64,000 bases of DNA from Gammaproteobacteria bacterium (GCA_013042055.1 JABDQW010000041.1:1540-65539), one strand, 5' to 3'. Shown: positions 10,365-19,778, numbered from the stretch's first letter. Translations and numbers: made by a program. The notes: generated from the sequence alone by a model not told the origin.

Positions 10365-11921
10365 ATGAAATCCCTGGGTGCGGTTGCCTGTGGCCATCCG
10401 CAAACCGCAGAAGCAGCGGAATTGATTCTAAAAGAAGGTGGGAATGCATTTGATGCCATAATCGCGGCATTCCTGATGTCATGTGTTGTCGAACCTGTGT
10501 TGGCCTCACTCGGTGGTGGTGGTTTTATGCTGGCTCATACCGCTGAACGGCGCGATGTCATTTATGACTTTTTTGCCCAGACACCGCGAAATCCTTTAGC
10601 ATCGGACAGGCTCGATTTCTATCCCATCCAGGCTGATTTTGGAGCGACGACTCAGGAATTCCACATAGGCCTGGCATCGGTTGCCACACCCGGTGCAGTC
10701 CGGGGCATATTCAGAATTCACCAGGACTTGGGTACTCTACCCATGACAGAACTTGTCCAGCCTGCAGTGGAGGCGGCACGTTATGGCGTGACCATGAGTG
10801 CTTTCCAAGCCTCGATACTGAAAATTATCGCGCCCATTTTGACCGCGACTGAACCAGTGCGACAGCAGTATCAGGGTCCGGAGCAGTCGGGCTCGCTGGT
10901 TAATAAGGGTGAATTATTCAAACAGTCACAGCTTGCGTATTTTCTAGAGGCGCTAGCCAGAGAAGGTAGCGAACTTTTCTATCAGGGTGAGATAGCCCAG
11001 GCGATATCGGATATGTGCACGCATGGTGGCGGCCAGTTGACTCGACAGGATTTGGCCAAGTACCAGGTCGAGCTGCGTCGCCCAGTCCGACTACGCTATC
11101 AACAGCACCATGTATTGACCAATCCCGCACCGTCCTGTGGCGGCACCTTGATCGCCTTCGCCTTGAGTTTGTTGGAGCACGTTGGTATCAACCGTTCTGA
11201 ATTTGGCTCAGCGGGACATTTACAGGTGCTGGCCAAGGTCATGCGACTGACGAACGAGGCACGTTTCCGGGCGCATTCAACCTCGTCTGAATCCATTGCG
11301 CTGCAACATTTACTAGACGCCAGGCTATTGAACGAATATCGGGAGAAAATCAGCGGTAACAGTCGCAGTCTACGCGGCACGACACACATGAGCGTGATGG
11401 ACTGCAACGGCAATGTTGCAGGACTGACGGCAAGCAATGGCGAAGGTTGTGGGCACATGGTTCCCGATACCGGCGTCATGCTGAATAATATGCTTGGTGA
11501 GGAAGATCTGAATCCCGATGGTTTTTATTGTTGGCCGGTCAATCAGCGCATGACTTCGATGATGGCGCCGACACTGGTGATTTCACCCCAGGGCAAAAAG
11601 ATCAGCCTGGGGTCGGGTGGTTCAAACCGCTTACGAACGGCAATATTGCAAGTCTTGGTCAACCTCATCGATTTCAACATGCCATTATACGATGCTGTTA
11701 ACCACCCGCGATTACACTATGAGAATGATTTGATCAGCATTGAGCCCGGCTTTAATGGCGATACCATCCAGACCCTGCTGGCAGAACACGAAAATCACAA
11801 GATCTGGCAGCAGCAAAACATGTTTTTCGGCGGTGTGCATGCGGTTTCCGAGCACCTGGGCCAGTTTAGCGGTGCCGGCGATCTGCGCCGCGCCGGTGTC
11901 GCTCGCGTTGTTGAGGTTTAG
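10365..11921 (+). CDS. Gamma-glutamyltranspeptidase-family Ntn hydrolase, with no signal peptide.
   Basis: Catalytic TTHMSVMD Thr nucleophile region and GGT-like glycine-rich motifs. 518 aa. The stop TAG is the first 3 nt of a MITE terminus. Confidence 0.8.
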   Translation: MKSLGAVACGHPQTAEAAELILKEGGNAFDAIIAAFLMSCVVEPVLASLGGGGFMLAHTAERRDVIYDFFAQTPRNPLASDRLDFYPIQADFGATTQEFHIGLASVATPGAVRGIFRIHQDLGTLPMTELVQPAVEAARYGVTMSAFQASILKIIAPILTATEPVRQQYQGPEQSGSLVNKGELFKQSQLAYFLEALAREGSELFYQGEIAQAISDMCTHGGGQLTRQDLAKYQVELRRPVRLRYQQHHVLTNPAPSCGGTLIAFALSLLEHVGINRSEFGSAGHLQVLAKVMRLTNEARFRAHSTSSESIALQHLLDARLLNEYREKISGNSRSLRGTTHMSVMDCNGNVAGLTASNGEGCGHMVPDTGVMLNNMLGEEDLNPDGFYCWPVNQRMTSMMAPTLVISPQGKKISLGSGGSNRLRTAILQVLVNLIDFNMPLYDAVNHPRLHYENDLISIEPGFNGDTIQTLLAEHENHKIWQQQNMFFGGVHAVSEHLGQFSGAGDLRRAGVARVVEV

Positions 11922-11961
11922 CCCGCATTTCTCCCGTGATCCTGGCGAGAAATGCGGACTA
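11919..11961. repeat. Minimal 43-bp hairpin version of MITE family 1 (TAGCCCGCATTTCTC...GAGAAATGCGGACTA).
   Basis: Left and right TIRs abut with almost no internal sequence. Confidence 0.6.
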
Positions 11962-12000
11962 CTCTGGCAAGCCCAAGATTTTGGTGAGAAATGTTGTTAG

Positions 12001-12050
12001 CCCTGATATTGCACGTAAAACCCAAATCCTTCATGCAGTATCCGGGTTAG
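12001..12050. repeat. Small palindromic repeat, family 3 copy.
   Basis: CCCTGATATTGCACG ... CATGCAGTATCCGGGTTAGC. Confidence 0.5.
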
Positions 12051-12273
12051 CAGATGGCCATCAGGCCGTGTTTGTATAGAAATCATCACCATCCTCCGGC
12101 TGGATCGAGGTGTAAAGTTTTCTGAAAAATGTAAGCCTGGTTTTACACTTTAGCCCCACTGGAATCAGTCGTGATATCGCCTAAGCTACTGATTTATATA
12201 AGTCCTATGAATTTCAGGCACGGATCCTGCCTCTAATTATGTGAAATGAGCTGAATTATATGGAGGTAGCGAA

Positions 12274-12447
12274 ATGAGCATAATCATTAATTTGTTCCTT
12301 ATGGCGTATTTGCTGGTAATGGTTGTACTCTCTATCCTGACCCTGTTCTGGGCGACGTTATTGATATTCAAGCCGCTGTCGACAACTAAAGAACGAACGG
12401 GTCGGGCAATGAGCATGATACCGGAACGAACTGGTTGCACCGAATAA
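12274..12447 (+). CDS. Small (57 aa) hydrophobic membrane peptide.
   Basis: An ATG ORF with a single TM segment, followed by a hairpin plus T-run terminator. The antisense 75-aa ORF in the track is judged spurious. Confidence 0.3.
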   Translation: MSIIINLFLMAYLLVMVVLSILTLFWATLLIFKPLSTTKERTGRAMSMIPERTGCTE

Positions 12448-12462
12448 AATTTCGGAGATAAC

Positions 12463-12500
12463 AAGCCGGCCTCAGAATCAAGCGGCCGGCTTTTTAAATG
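12463..12500 (+). terminator. Rho-independent terminator (AAGCCGGCC...GGCCGGCTTTTT).
   Basis: 9-bp GC stem followed by TTTTT. Confidence 0.55.
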
Positions 12501-12583
12501 TAGAGGCGACGCGCCGAGCGCTGGGCGTTCTCGAAGTCATTGACAACCCGCAATTCGCATCAAACTTCGCATATAATCAGAAT

Positions 12584-12895
12584 ATGCGATGTTTAATATT
12601 CCTGATCTGCGCAGCCGCCTTAACCGGCGGCTGTTCCATGTCAGTGACCTCTCCTACTGCCGAGAAAGTGGCATTGTACGATGATCGAGATGCCGTGCCG
12701 ACTGATTGTGAAGAGCTGGGTGAGGTGACGGCAAGTGTGTGTGCAAATACCACGCCCTGTCCAGCTGAAGTCATGAAGCGGGATATTCGTGAGAAAGCGT
12801 ACCTGGAATATGGCGCCGATGCGGTGTGGTTGGCCAATACTACTCTTGCTGGGACAGAAGTCGTAGGTTATGGCGTTGCCTACCTATGCAGGTAG
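12584..12895 (+). CDS. Small lipoprotein, paralogous to 21251..21589.
   Basis: Lipobox LTGGCS. Shared pattern C-x2-LG-x-V...GAD/GGD...Y-x-C with the other lipoprotein. Confidence 0.5.
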   Translation: MRCLIFLICAAALTGGCSMSVTSPTAEKVALYDDRDAVPTDCEELGEVTASVCANTTPCPAEVMKRDIREKAYLEYGADAVWLANTTLAGTEVVGYGVAYLCR

Positions 12896-12969
12896 CTGTG
12901 AGATCTAATGATCTCTGCGATGTAGCCGACGGTCCTGTCGAACCGTCGGATCCAAGCGAATAGCGATAA

Positions 12970-13611
12970 TTAATCATTCAGTTTTTCTTTGATTGCTTCA
13001 ATCACCGTATCGGATGAGGTCGCTTTTACGGATAACAGCATGCCCTCGTTTTTGTAAAAGTCGACAAGGGGGGCTGTCTGCTCGTTGTAGACGTTCAGTC
13101 GGTTGTTGATGGCTTCTTCTGTTTCATCGTCACGCTGGACCACAGCGCCGCCGCATTTATCGCAAACACCTTCGACTTTGGGTGGGTTGGATTTGACGTT
13201 GTAGATTTCACCGCAATCTGAACAGGTGCGGCGTGTGGTCAATCGATCGAGAATGACCTCCCGCGGCACGTCGATTTCAACAGCAAAATCGAGTTTCTCG
13301 CCCATTTTCTCCAGCAGGACTTTCAATGCATCGGCCTGGGGAATTGTACGTGGGAAACCGTCTAAAAGGTAGCCGGCCTTGCAATCGTCTTCTTTTAGGC
13401 GTTCTTCCATGATACCCATAATCAAATCATCGGAAACCAAATCGCCGGCCTTCATTGCCGCCTCAGCTTTTTTACCCAGTTCGGTGCCGGCAGCGACTGC
13501 ACCACGCAGGATGTCGCCGGTAGAAATTTGAACGGAACCATCCATTTTGGTCAAAAGTTTTGCAACGGTGCCTTTGCCGGCACCAGGGGCACCTAAGAGT
13601 ATGAGTTTCAT
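12970..13611 (-). CDS. adk: Adenylate kinase.
   Basis: MKLILLGAPGAGKGT P-loop and a Zn-ribbon lid (CSDCG...CDKCGG). About 213 aa. Confidence 0.9.
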   Translation of the reverse strand: MKLILLGAPGAGKGTVAKLLTKMDGSVQISTGDILRGAVAAGTELGKKAEAAMKAGDLVSDDLIMGIMEERLKEDDCKAGYLLDGFPRTIPQADALKVLLEKMGEKLDFAVEIDVPREVILDRLTTRRTCSDCGEIYNVKSNPPKVEGVCDKCGGAVVQRDDETEEAINNRLNVYNEQTAPLVDFYKNEGMLLSVKATSSDTVIEAIKEKLND

Positions 13612-13794
13612 GGTAATTCCTCGGAGTTTATAGCAATAGTTGTGCAGCACGGTTTCAGCGTGCCTGCGCGCGTAATTTGGAGGGCGTATTTTGTTGTTTT
13701 TGGGAAAAAAAATAAAGGCTTTTCCTGCAATTTCGGCTTCGGGCTCGTTCTTTCCTATACTCTTGGTGTACCAAATTCATCAAGAGGATGTTCC

Positions 13795-14172
13795 ATGGCT
13801 ACCGTTATTCAGACCGTTGATGGCGTTATCGTGAACCAGTTTGATGTCGATCCGGCCGGTTTGAGTTTTGGGCGTTCAGCCAACAATCAGGTACAGATTG
13901 ACGATACTGCCGTCAGTAGCAACCACGCCGAAATTCTGATCGAGCGAAACAAGGAAGGTAAACTGACATACCTTATCCATGACGTTGGCAGTACCAATGG
14001 TACATTCTTGAACGATCAAAAAGTGGAATGTCAGCCGCTCCACCACAAGGACATCATTCGTGTTGGCTGGAATCATTTTGTTTTTATCGACGAAAATCAG
14101 CGTGACTTCGAGAAGACCGACAAGATAACAAAAAGTTGGATACCCGGCCTATACTTCACGGAAAAGAAATAA
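13795..14172 (+). CDS. FHA-domain protein.
   Basis: GRS...N...SxxHA...GSTNGTFLN core FHA motifs. The start was taken at MATVIQ. Confidence 0.65.
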   Translation: MATVIQTVDGVIVNQFDVDPAGLSFGRSANNQVQIDDTAVSSNHAEILIERNKEGKLTYLIHDVGSTNGTFLNDQKVECQPLHHKDIIRVGWNHFVFIDENQRDFEKTDKITKSWIPGLYFTEKK

Positions 14173-14190
14173 GACCGCCAGTCATCGGGC

Positions 14191-14435
14191 TAGCCCGCAT
14201 TTCTCACTAGGATCACGGGAGCAGGCGCAGGATTCGTGTTCGTAAGCGCCGCTCTGGAGCGAAAAGCGTAGCAATAGCTACGGTTTGAGTGAAGAGCAAG
14301 CTCACGGACACGAAGACTAGCCTGAACCGTGATAGGCATGCTGGAAAACGCAATGTATTTTGATCATCCAGGTATTCTTCAAAGAGACCAATGCCTTATC
14401 AGAATCCTACGCCGCCTGGTGAGCAATGCGGGCTA
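14191..14435. mobile_element. MITE family 1, full copy (about 245 bp, perfect 20-bp TIR TAGCCCGCATTTCTCAC(C/T)AG).
   Basis: Read directly. The right-end TAG, read on the minus strand, is the stop codon of the HDOD gene. Confidence 0.8.
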
Positions 14436-15311
14436 GGAAGCGCCTGGGCTCTCCAGTGCCTGTATAATCGACTGTATCTGTTGTCTGGATTCTTCGATGA
14501 TTTCTGAGGCAGTCTCGTCTGTAATTTCGAGTCGCTTCATCGCAGGTATAGTCTCCCAATCCAGGTCAGTCGGGGGATGTGGCTCTTCGTTTTGAGAAAA
14601 CAGATTGGCAATCATAACTACATCACTGAGATTGGCTGGGCCAAAATGCATGCGATCGAGTATCTCATGTTCGTGGGCTGCTTTAATTGTGTCTTCATTA
14701 AAATTCCAGGTCTCAAGAATTTTGCGCCCGATGCTGCTGTGCCACTTCTTCATAATATCATCCAGCATACGGGGTTCGCTGAATAATACCGGATACTGTT
14801 CGGAACGTGTCAGAATGTAGTATTTGCCGATGTCATGGAGCAAGCCTGCGAGCATGGCTTCGTCCGGGTTGATCTTTGTCAGTTTTTTTGCAATGACATA
14901 CGATAAAGCACCCACATTCATGCTGTGGTGCCACAAGTCTTCCAGATACGGCCGCAGCACTTCCACCGAACTGGAATGCAGCAATTGGTCTACAGCAATC
15001 GCAACGGCTGTGTTGTATGCCATTTTGAATCCCATGCGCGTTACAGCCATGCGAATATCAGTGATTCTGGAGCCGGCGCCATTGACCATCGCTGAATTGG
15101 CGACTTTTAACAGGCGTGCGCTGAATATGGGATCAGATCCCACAACACGTGCAACATGCTCGGCGGTTACCTCAGGATCGGCCAGTGCATTCTTAATGCG
15201 TACCGCAACATCGGGAAATGCGGGGATTTCTAAGTTGCCACTGTTCAACTCCTCGCCCAGGTTTGTGACAAACTCAAATCCGCAATTAAATGCTTGCGTC
15301 GCTTCGTTCAT
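14433..15311 (-). CDS. HDOD-domain signalling protein.
   Basis: HDOD hallmarks (FPDVAVRI...ARLLKVANSA...GLLHDIGK). Confidence 0.7.
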   Translation of the reverse strand: MNEATQAFNCGFEFVTNLGEELNSGNLEIPAFPDVAVRIKNALADPEVTAEHVARVVGSDPIFSARLLKVANSAMVNGAGSRITDIRMAVTRMGFKMAYNTAVAIAVDQLLHSSSVEVLRPYLEDLWHHSMNVGALSYVIAKKLTKINPDEAMLAGLLHDIGKYYILTRSEQYPVLFSEPRMLDDIMKKWHSSIGRKILETWNFNEDTIKAAHEHEILDRMHFGPANLSDVVMIANLFSQNEEPHPPTDLDWETIPAMKRLEITDETASEIIEESRQQIQSIIQALESPGAS

Positions 15312-15885
15312 AAGTTATGACCTCATTGCGTCACGTGGTGTGATTTCTTGTTGTTTTTTATCTCACTCAATCATCGGCATCATGCTACTAATCTTTAGCA
15401 CATTCGGAGGAGTATTTGTGAATTTCACAGCGAAGGTAAACAATCGGCTTTTGGTTATTCAGCAAGGCCGGTGATGGCTGAAGTGGCTGTTATCTCGCTA
15501 AGAGCGTTTTTGGCGTGTTGTCTATCGAAGCGTCAAGGTCTAAGGCGCTACAATCTAGCAGCAATTTCAATCGTTTCATGCATGCTGGAGAGGAATCGAA
15601 TTGTATACAAAAAGCAACAAAAATCAGCGCCCGCACTTCATAAACCCTAGTCTGTCTCCTATTATTAAGTGAGTGAAATGCGAATGAATTCACAACATTA
15701 TTGAGTCTGCGTTCGTGCGATATCCAGGCTAAAGGCCTGTTCGCGGTACACACGGAGGCGAACGCTAAATGATCGATCGTACAATCAGCATCTGCTTGGC
15801 CAGCGGACAAAATCCTGTAGTGAAATGTCATACCGATGCGTTAGGTTGTCCTGTAACCACTGAATTGACTGAGAAACGGTATTTT

Positions 15886-17094
15886 ATGCACAGATATATG
15901 GGGATGTTGTTGTGTATGCTTATCTACGTACAGGCTGCAATGGCGCAGGATACTGAATTTTCTCGCTGCATTACCCAGTTAAAACACAGGGCTAAACAAG
16001 AAGAGCTGCCATCGAGGATCATTGATGAGGTGCTGGGCAAGCTGCAGCTGCAGCCTCGCGTAATTGAACTCGACCGTGCACAACCCGAATTCACACAGAC
16101 CTTTGCCAGTTACGTTAATCGTCGCATTACTCCACAACGAATTTCACGCGGTCAGGTATTGCTCGAACAGCATCATAAACTGCTATCGCGTTTACATGAT
16201 GAGTATGGTGTACCCGGCGCCTATCTGGTTGCATTTTGGGGTTTAGAAACCAATTACGGTAGTTATCTCGGCAGCATGCCGACCCTCGATTGCCTGGCGA
16301 CATTAGCCTGCGATCAACGCCGACGAGAGTTTTTTACCGATGAACTGATTCAGGCATTGTTTTTGCTGGATCGTGAATCGCTCACACCGGAGGAAATGCG
16401 AGGTTCCTGGGCTGGCGCCATGGGACATACGCAGTTCATGCCCTCGGCATACAATCGATTTGCCATTGACGGTGACGGCGACGGTAAGGTCAATTTGTGG
16501 CGCAGTAAACAGGATGCACTCGCTAGCGGCGCAAATTACCTGCACGAACTCGGCTGGCAACGCGGCCAGCGCTGGGGATACGAGGTCGTGTTGCCGCAAC
16601 AATTTCCATACAGTGAAACTGGACTTACTAACCGCCAACCATTGCGCTACTGGCATGATCTGGGTGTCAGGGCCGCCAATGGAGCGACGATCAACGATTT
16701 CGCTACAAAGGCATCCGTGCTGGTGCCGGCAGGTCACTCAGGGCCAGCATTCCTGGTGTTTGCGAATTTCGATGTGATTATGCGTTGGAACCGTAGTGAA
16801 TTCTATGCACTGGCTGTCGCCTTGTTGGCAGATCGGCTTGTCGGCGCCGGACCGCTGGTTCGACCTCCTTCGACCCGCGAGCCAGCGTTAAGTCGCGGTA
16901 CGATTGAACGGTTGCAGCGGCAACTGAATGAGCTGGGTTACGATGCCGGTAATATCGATGGTCTGATGGGGGCGTCGACACAGGCAGCTTTGCGCCGTTT
17001 TCAGGCTGCTAAAGGCATGATTGCTGACGGCTATCCTGACGCTAAAACGCTGTGTGCACTGTCAATAAGCCTCGGATCGATATCATGTCGGTAG
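15886..17094 (+). CDS. mltB: Lytic murein transglycosylase B family protein with a C-terminal peptidoglycan-binding domain.
   Basis: FWGLETNYG and GAMGHTQFMPS motifs, a DGDGDGK Ca-site, and a C-terminal PG_binding_1-like LNELGYDAG...G...T..A...FQ region. The start was taken at MHRYMG with a signal peptide. Confidence 0.8.
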   Translation: MHRYMGMLLCMLIYVQAAMAQDTEFSRCITQLKHRAKQEELPSRIIDEVLGKLQLQPRVIELDRAQPEFTQTFASYVNRRITPQRISRGQVLLEQHHKLLSRLHDEYGVPGAYLVAFWGLETNYGSYLGSMPTLDCLATLACDQRRREFFTDELIQALFLLDRESLTPEEMRGSWAGAMGHTQFMPSAYNRFAIDGDGDGKVNLWRSKQDALASGANYLHELGWQRGQRWGYEVVLPQQFPYSETGLTNRQPLRYWHDLGVRAANGATINDFATKASVLVPAGHSGPAFLVFANFDVIMRWNRSEFYALAVALLADRLVGAGPLVRPPSTREPALSRGTIERLQRQLNELGYDAGNIDGLMGASTQAALRRFQAAKGMIADGYPDAKTLCALSISLGSISCR

Positions 17095-17906
17095 CGAGAC
17101 AACAGCGACATGCTAGCATCGGTTATGGCACCTTGGCGACCTGCGTTGCACTTCTTCTGTTTTTGGCCATGTTTGGTTTCCACAGTAATCGATGGGCGGT
17201 GAGATTTCCGCCGCTGCCGGATTTCGCCGCTTATGATCAGGTTAAAGACATGAAGGCCGCTTTTCTCGATTATCTGACGCCTATTGTAGAATATCACAAC
17301 GTACAAGTGCTTCATGAGAGAAAACGTTTGCAGAAGATTCACCGTGCCGTAGAAGATGACAAAACGCTGGCTCGCTCGCAATCCAGATGGTTGCATGAAC
17401 TCGCGCAAAAATATAATGTTGGCTGGAATCCGCAAGACACCGCGGCTGTCACCGCTGAGCTGCTCAACCGGGTGGATATCGTTCCACTGCAACTCGCGCT
17501 GGTACAGGCCGCGAAAGAATCTTCCTGGGGACGCTCGAGGTATGCGGTCCAAAGCAACAATATCTTTGGCCAATGGTGTTTTAGGCAAGGATGCGGTGTC
17601 GTTCCGAAGGAAAGGCCTGCTGGTGCCAGACATGAGGTTCGCAAGTTTGACAGCGTCAGTGACGCGATTCGCAGTTATATACATAACCTGAATTCACACT
17701 ACCGATATGGTAATTTGAGAGAAATACGTCAGAGCCTGAGGCAAAAAGGCCAGGCTGTTGAAGGTGACGAGTTGGTTGATGGCTTAATGTTCTATTCCGA
17801 GCGACGTCAAAAATATGTCGAGGAGATTCGGTCTATGATCAGGCAATTACGTTTCTTTCAGCGACAACGCTTTAGAATAAGTCAGGTTGTCGCCGATTCG
17901 TCCTGA
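17085..17906 (+). CDS. Bax/FlgJ-type glucosaminidase-domain protein (mannosyl-glycoprotein endo-beta-N-acetylglucosaminidase family).
   Basis: LALVQAAKESSWGRSRYAVQSNNIFGQW matches the glucosaminidase core. The N-terminus has a TM anchor. It overlaps the mltB 3' end. Confidence 0.6.
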   Translation: MSVARQQRHASIGYGTLATCVALLLFLAMFGFHSNRWAVRFPPLPDFAAYDQVKDMKAAFLDYLTPIVEYHNVQVLHERKRLQKIHRAVEDDKTLARSQSRWLHELAQKYNVGWNPQDTAAVTAELLNRVDIVPLQLALVQAAKESSWGRSRYAVQSNNIFGQWCFRQGCGVVPKERPAGARHEVRKFDSVSDAIRSYIHNLNSHYRYGNLREIRQSLRQKGQAVEGDELVDGLMFYSERRQKYVEEIRSMIRQLRFFQRQRFRISQVVADSS

Positions 17907-17942
17907 CATTTTTTCTCCGCTGTTGTTGTGGTATTCAACTTG

Positions 17943-17993
17943 GCTGCGGGCTACTCCTGCGCCTGCTCCCGTGATTTTGGTGAGAAATGCAGT
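17943..17993. repeat. Degenerate, inverted fragment of the MITE family 1 left end.
   Basis: CCTGCGCCTGCTCCCGTGAT...GGTGAGAAATGCAG is the reverse complement of the element's first 40 bp. Confidence 0.5.
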
Positions 17994-18297
17994 CTTGTGT
18001 CATATCGGGGTCAGGGTAGTTGAAAATTTTGCAAATGTCACCATGATAGGAATGGTTATCGCAACACAATGCTGTGATCCGCAAAATGGCTAGTCAGCGT
18101 GCGTCCTGTTATGCGAGCGTAAGATTTCGTTAGTAGTGGGTCACCAGAAATGAGCAATGTTCAGCAACAAGCGATGACTTGTCGATTAATATTCTATAAT
18201 TATGCTTTTTAAACCGGCCTGGCCTTCTCTCCCGGCGTGGATAGCGTTTCCATCGGCTGAGAAATCCTGGCTAAACAGACGAAAATGAGAGAGATAA

Positions 18298-18549
18298 ATG
18301 CCCAAGTACGATTATCGCTGCGAGCTTAACCATCAGACCGTCGAAGTCACCCATTCCATGAATGAGACTGTCAAAACATGGGGCCAGCTATGTGCGCTTG
18401 CTGGAATCGAAACCGGAAAAACACCGAAAGATAGCCCGGTACATAAAATTATCAGTGGTGGCTACGTAGCCACGGGTGCGCCCTCGCCAACCCCCGCTTG
18501 CACAGCACCCAGTTGTTGCAGCGGCGGCATCTGCGGCCTTGACAGTTAA
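18298..18549 (+). CDS. Small Cys-rich protein, possibly an FmdB-family zinc ribbon.
   Basis: MPKYDYRC N-terminus as in FmdB-type regulators, and a C-terminal CTAPSCCSGGICG Cys cluster. Confidence 0.35.
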   Translation: MPKYDYRCELNHQTVEVTHSMNETVKTWGQLCALAGIETGKTPKDSPVHKIISGGYVATGAPSPTPACTAPSCCSGGICGLDS

Positions 18550-18891
18550 TCTAAAGGTGAGCCACGCGAAGTGAAAACTGGAGCGAGCAAGCTATCCTTG
18601 CTTCGTGGCTTGCTGCAAAGTTCCAAGCATTTCGCCGCAGTCCTCCGATTTTTGGCTACACGCTTTTTGGGCAAGAAGGTAACGCTGAGAATGTAGCCCG
18701 AGTTTGAGCGCATCCAGCATTTGCCGCGAACAGGCAAAATACAGAACCTTTCAGCGATCAGCGGCTTAACGGGCGTGGCCGCGCTGGTCATCCCCGCTGA
18801 GATCCTGGTGTTTGGTGGATGCCGATGTCCTTGCATTGCTGCAACAGTAAAGGTAAAAATGCGATCAACAATTAAAACGCTGGAGTAGAAC

Positions 18892-19329
18892 ATGATTACT
18901 TACGAGGAATTAAACGCACAAAACCACCGCATCACAGAACTGTCCAACGTACTCCATTACCTGTTCAAGGATCGGTCTATGTGTGATACGGGTTCGTGTT
19001 GCGACCTTTTCTACCGTTATGTCGATCTGGTCAAAGAGCATGTCGAAATTGTTGATAAAGAAATGTACAAAGATCTGCTCGCCAGTCCGGATGATAAAGT
19101 CACCAATGTAGCAAAGAATTTCATGTCCGGTTCCGTAGAAGTCAAAAAGATACTACGCGAATTTACTCACCGGTGGTGTCCAGCGTCGAAGAAAAGAGAC
19201 TCACTGCATATAAAGGATCATGCCCAATTTCTGCAAGATACCGACGAGTTGTTTGAGATCGTACTGCAGCGTATTCAGGATGAAACTGAACACTTGTATC
19301 CCTTGGTGCGCAGTTTGAGCAGTGACTAA
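18892..19329 (+). CDS. Hypothetical protein, possibly a hemerythrin-like four-helix metal-binding domain.
   Basis: H/E spacing (H..E...H....HxxxD/E) loosely consistent with an HHE cation-binding domain. The assignment is tentative. Confidence 0.35.
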   Translation: MITYEELNAQNHRITELSNVLHYLFKDRSMCDTGSCCDLFYRYVDLVKEHVEIVDKEMYKDLLASPDDKVTNVAKNFMSGSVEVKKILREFTHRWCPASKKRDSLHIKDHAQFLQDTDELFEIVLQRIQDETEHLYPLVRSLSSD

Positions 19330-19368
19330 ATCGGCACGTCTTACAGCAGCATATTGGGTTGGTGGCCT

Positions 19369-19778
19369 AGCCCGCATTTCTCACCAGGATCACGGGAGCA
19401 GGCGCCGGAACGAGCCCCCAGGTCTCACCAGATGAACGAGCCCTCACTTGATCTTTGAATCCACAGACCATTTTGCTCAGTCGGCAATACACAAGGTTAT
19501 TCCACTCCCTCCCAAAATGGTCTGTGAATCCAAATCTCGGCGTGATCATCTCGCCCCCAGGCAAGACCTGCGGGCTGGTGTTCGTAAGCGCCGCTCTGGA
19601 GCGAAAAACGTAGCCACAGCTACGGTTTGAGTGAAGAGCAAGCTTACGGACACGAAGACCAGCCTGAACCGTGATAGGCATGCTTTAATTACACCGTGTT
19701 TTTATGATCATTCGAGCTTTTTGACATTAAGCAATAACTTATCAATGTCCTACGCCGCCTGGTGAGAAATGCGGGCTG
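19369..19778. mobile_element. MITE family 1 copy carrying a nested insertion of about 170 bp, which is a second palindromic element.
   Basis: Canonical TIRs at both ends. An extra segment at 19406..19576 is bounded by its own inverted repeat (GAATCCACAGACCATTTT ... AAAATGGTCTGTGAATCC). Confidence 0.75.

Noticed and set aside
12237-12464. 75-aa minus-strand ORF in the track.
   Set aside because: It is antisense to a better-supported small plus-strand ORF that is followed by a clean terminator. It has no RBS or motif.
19367-19681. ORFs translated from inside MITE copies, also at 30683..30877, 17887..18093 and 20432..20626. They share peptides such as APAPVILVRNAG.
   Set aside because: These peptides recur only because the DNA repeat recurs. 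The repeats have inverted-repeat architecture and differ in frame integrity, so they are not coding.
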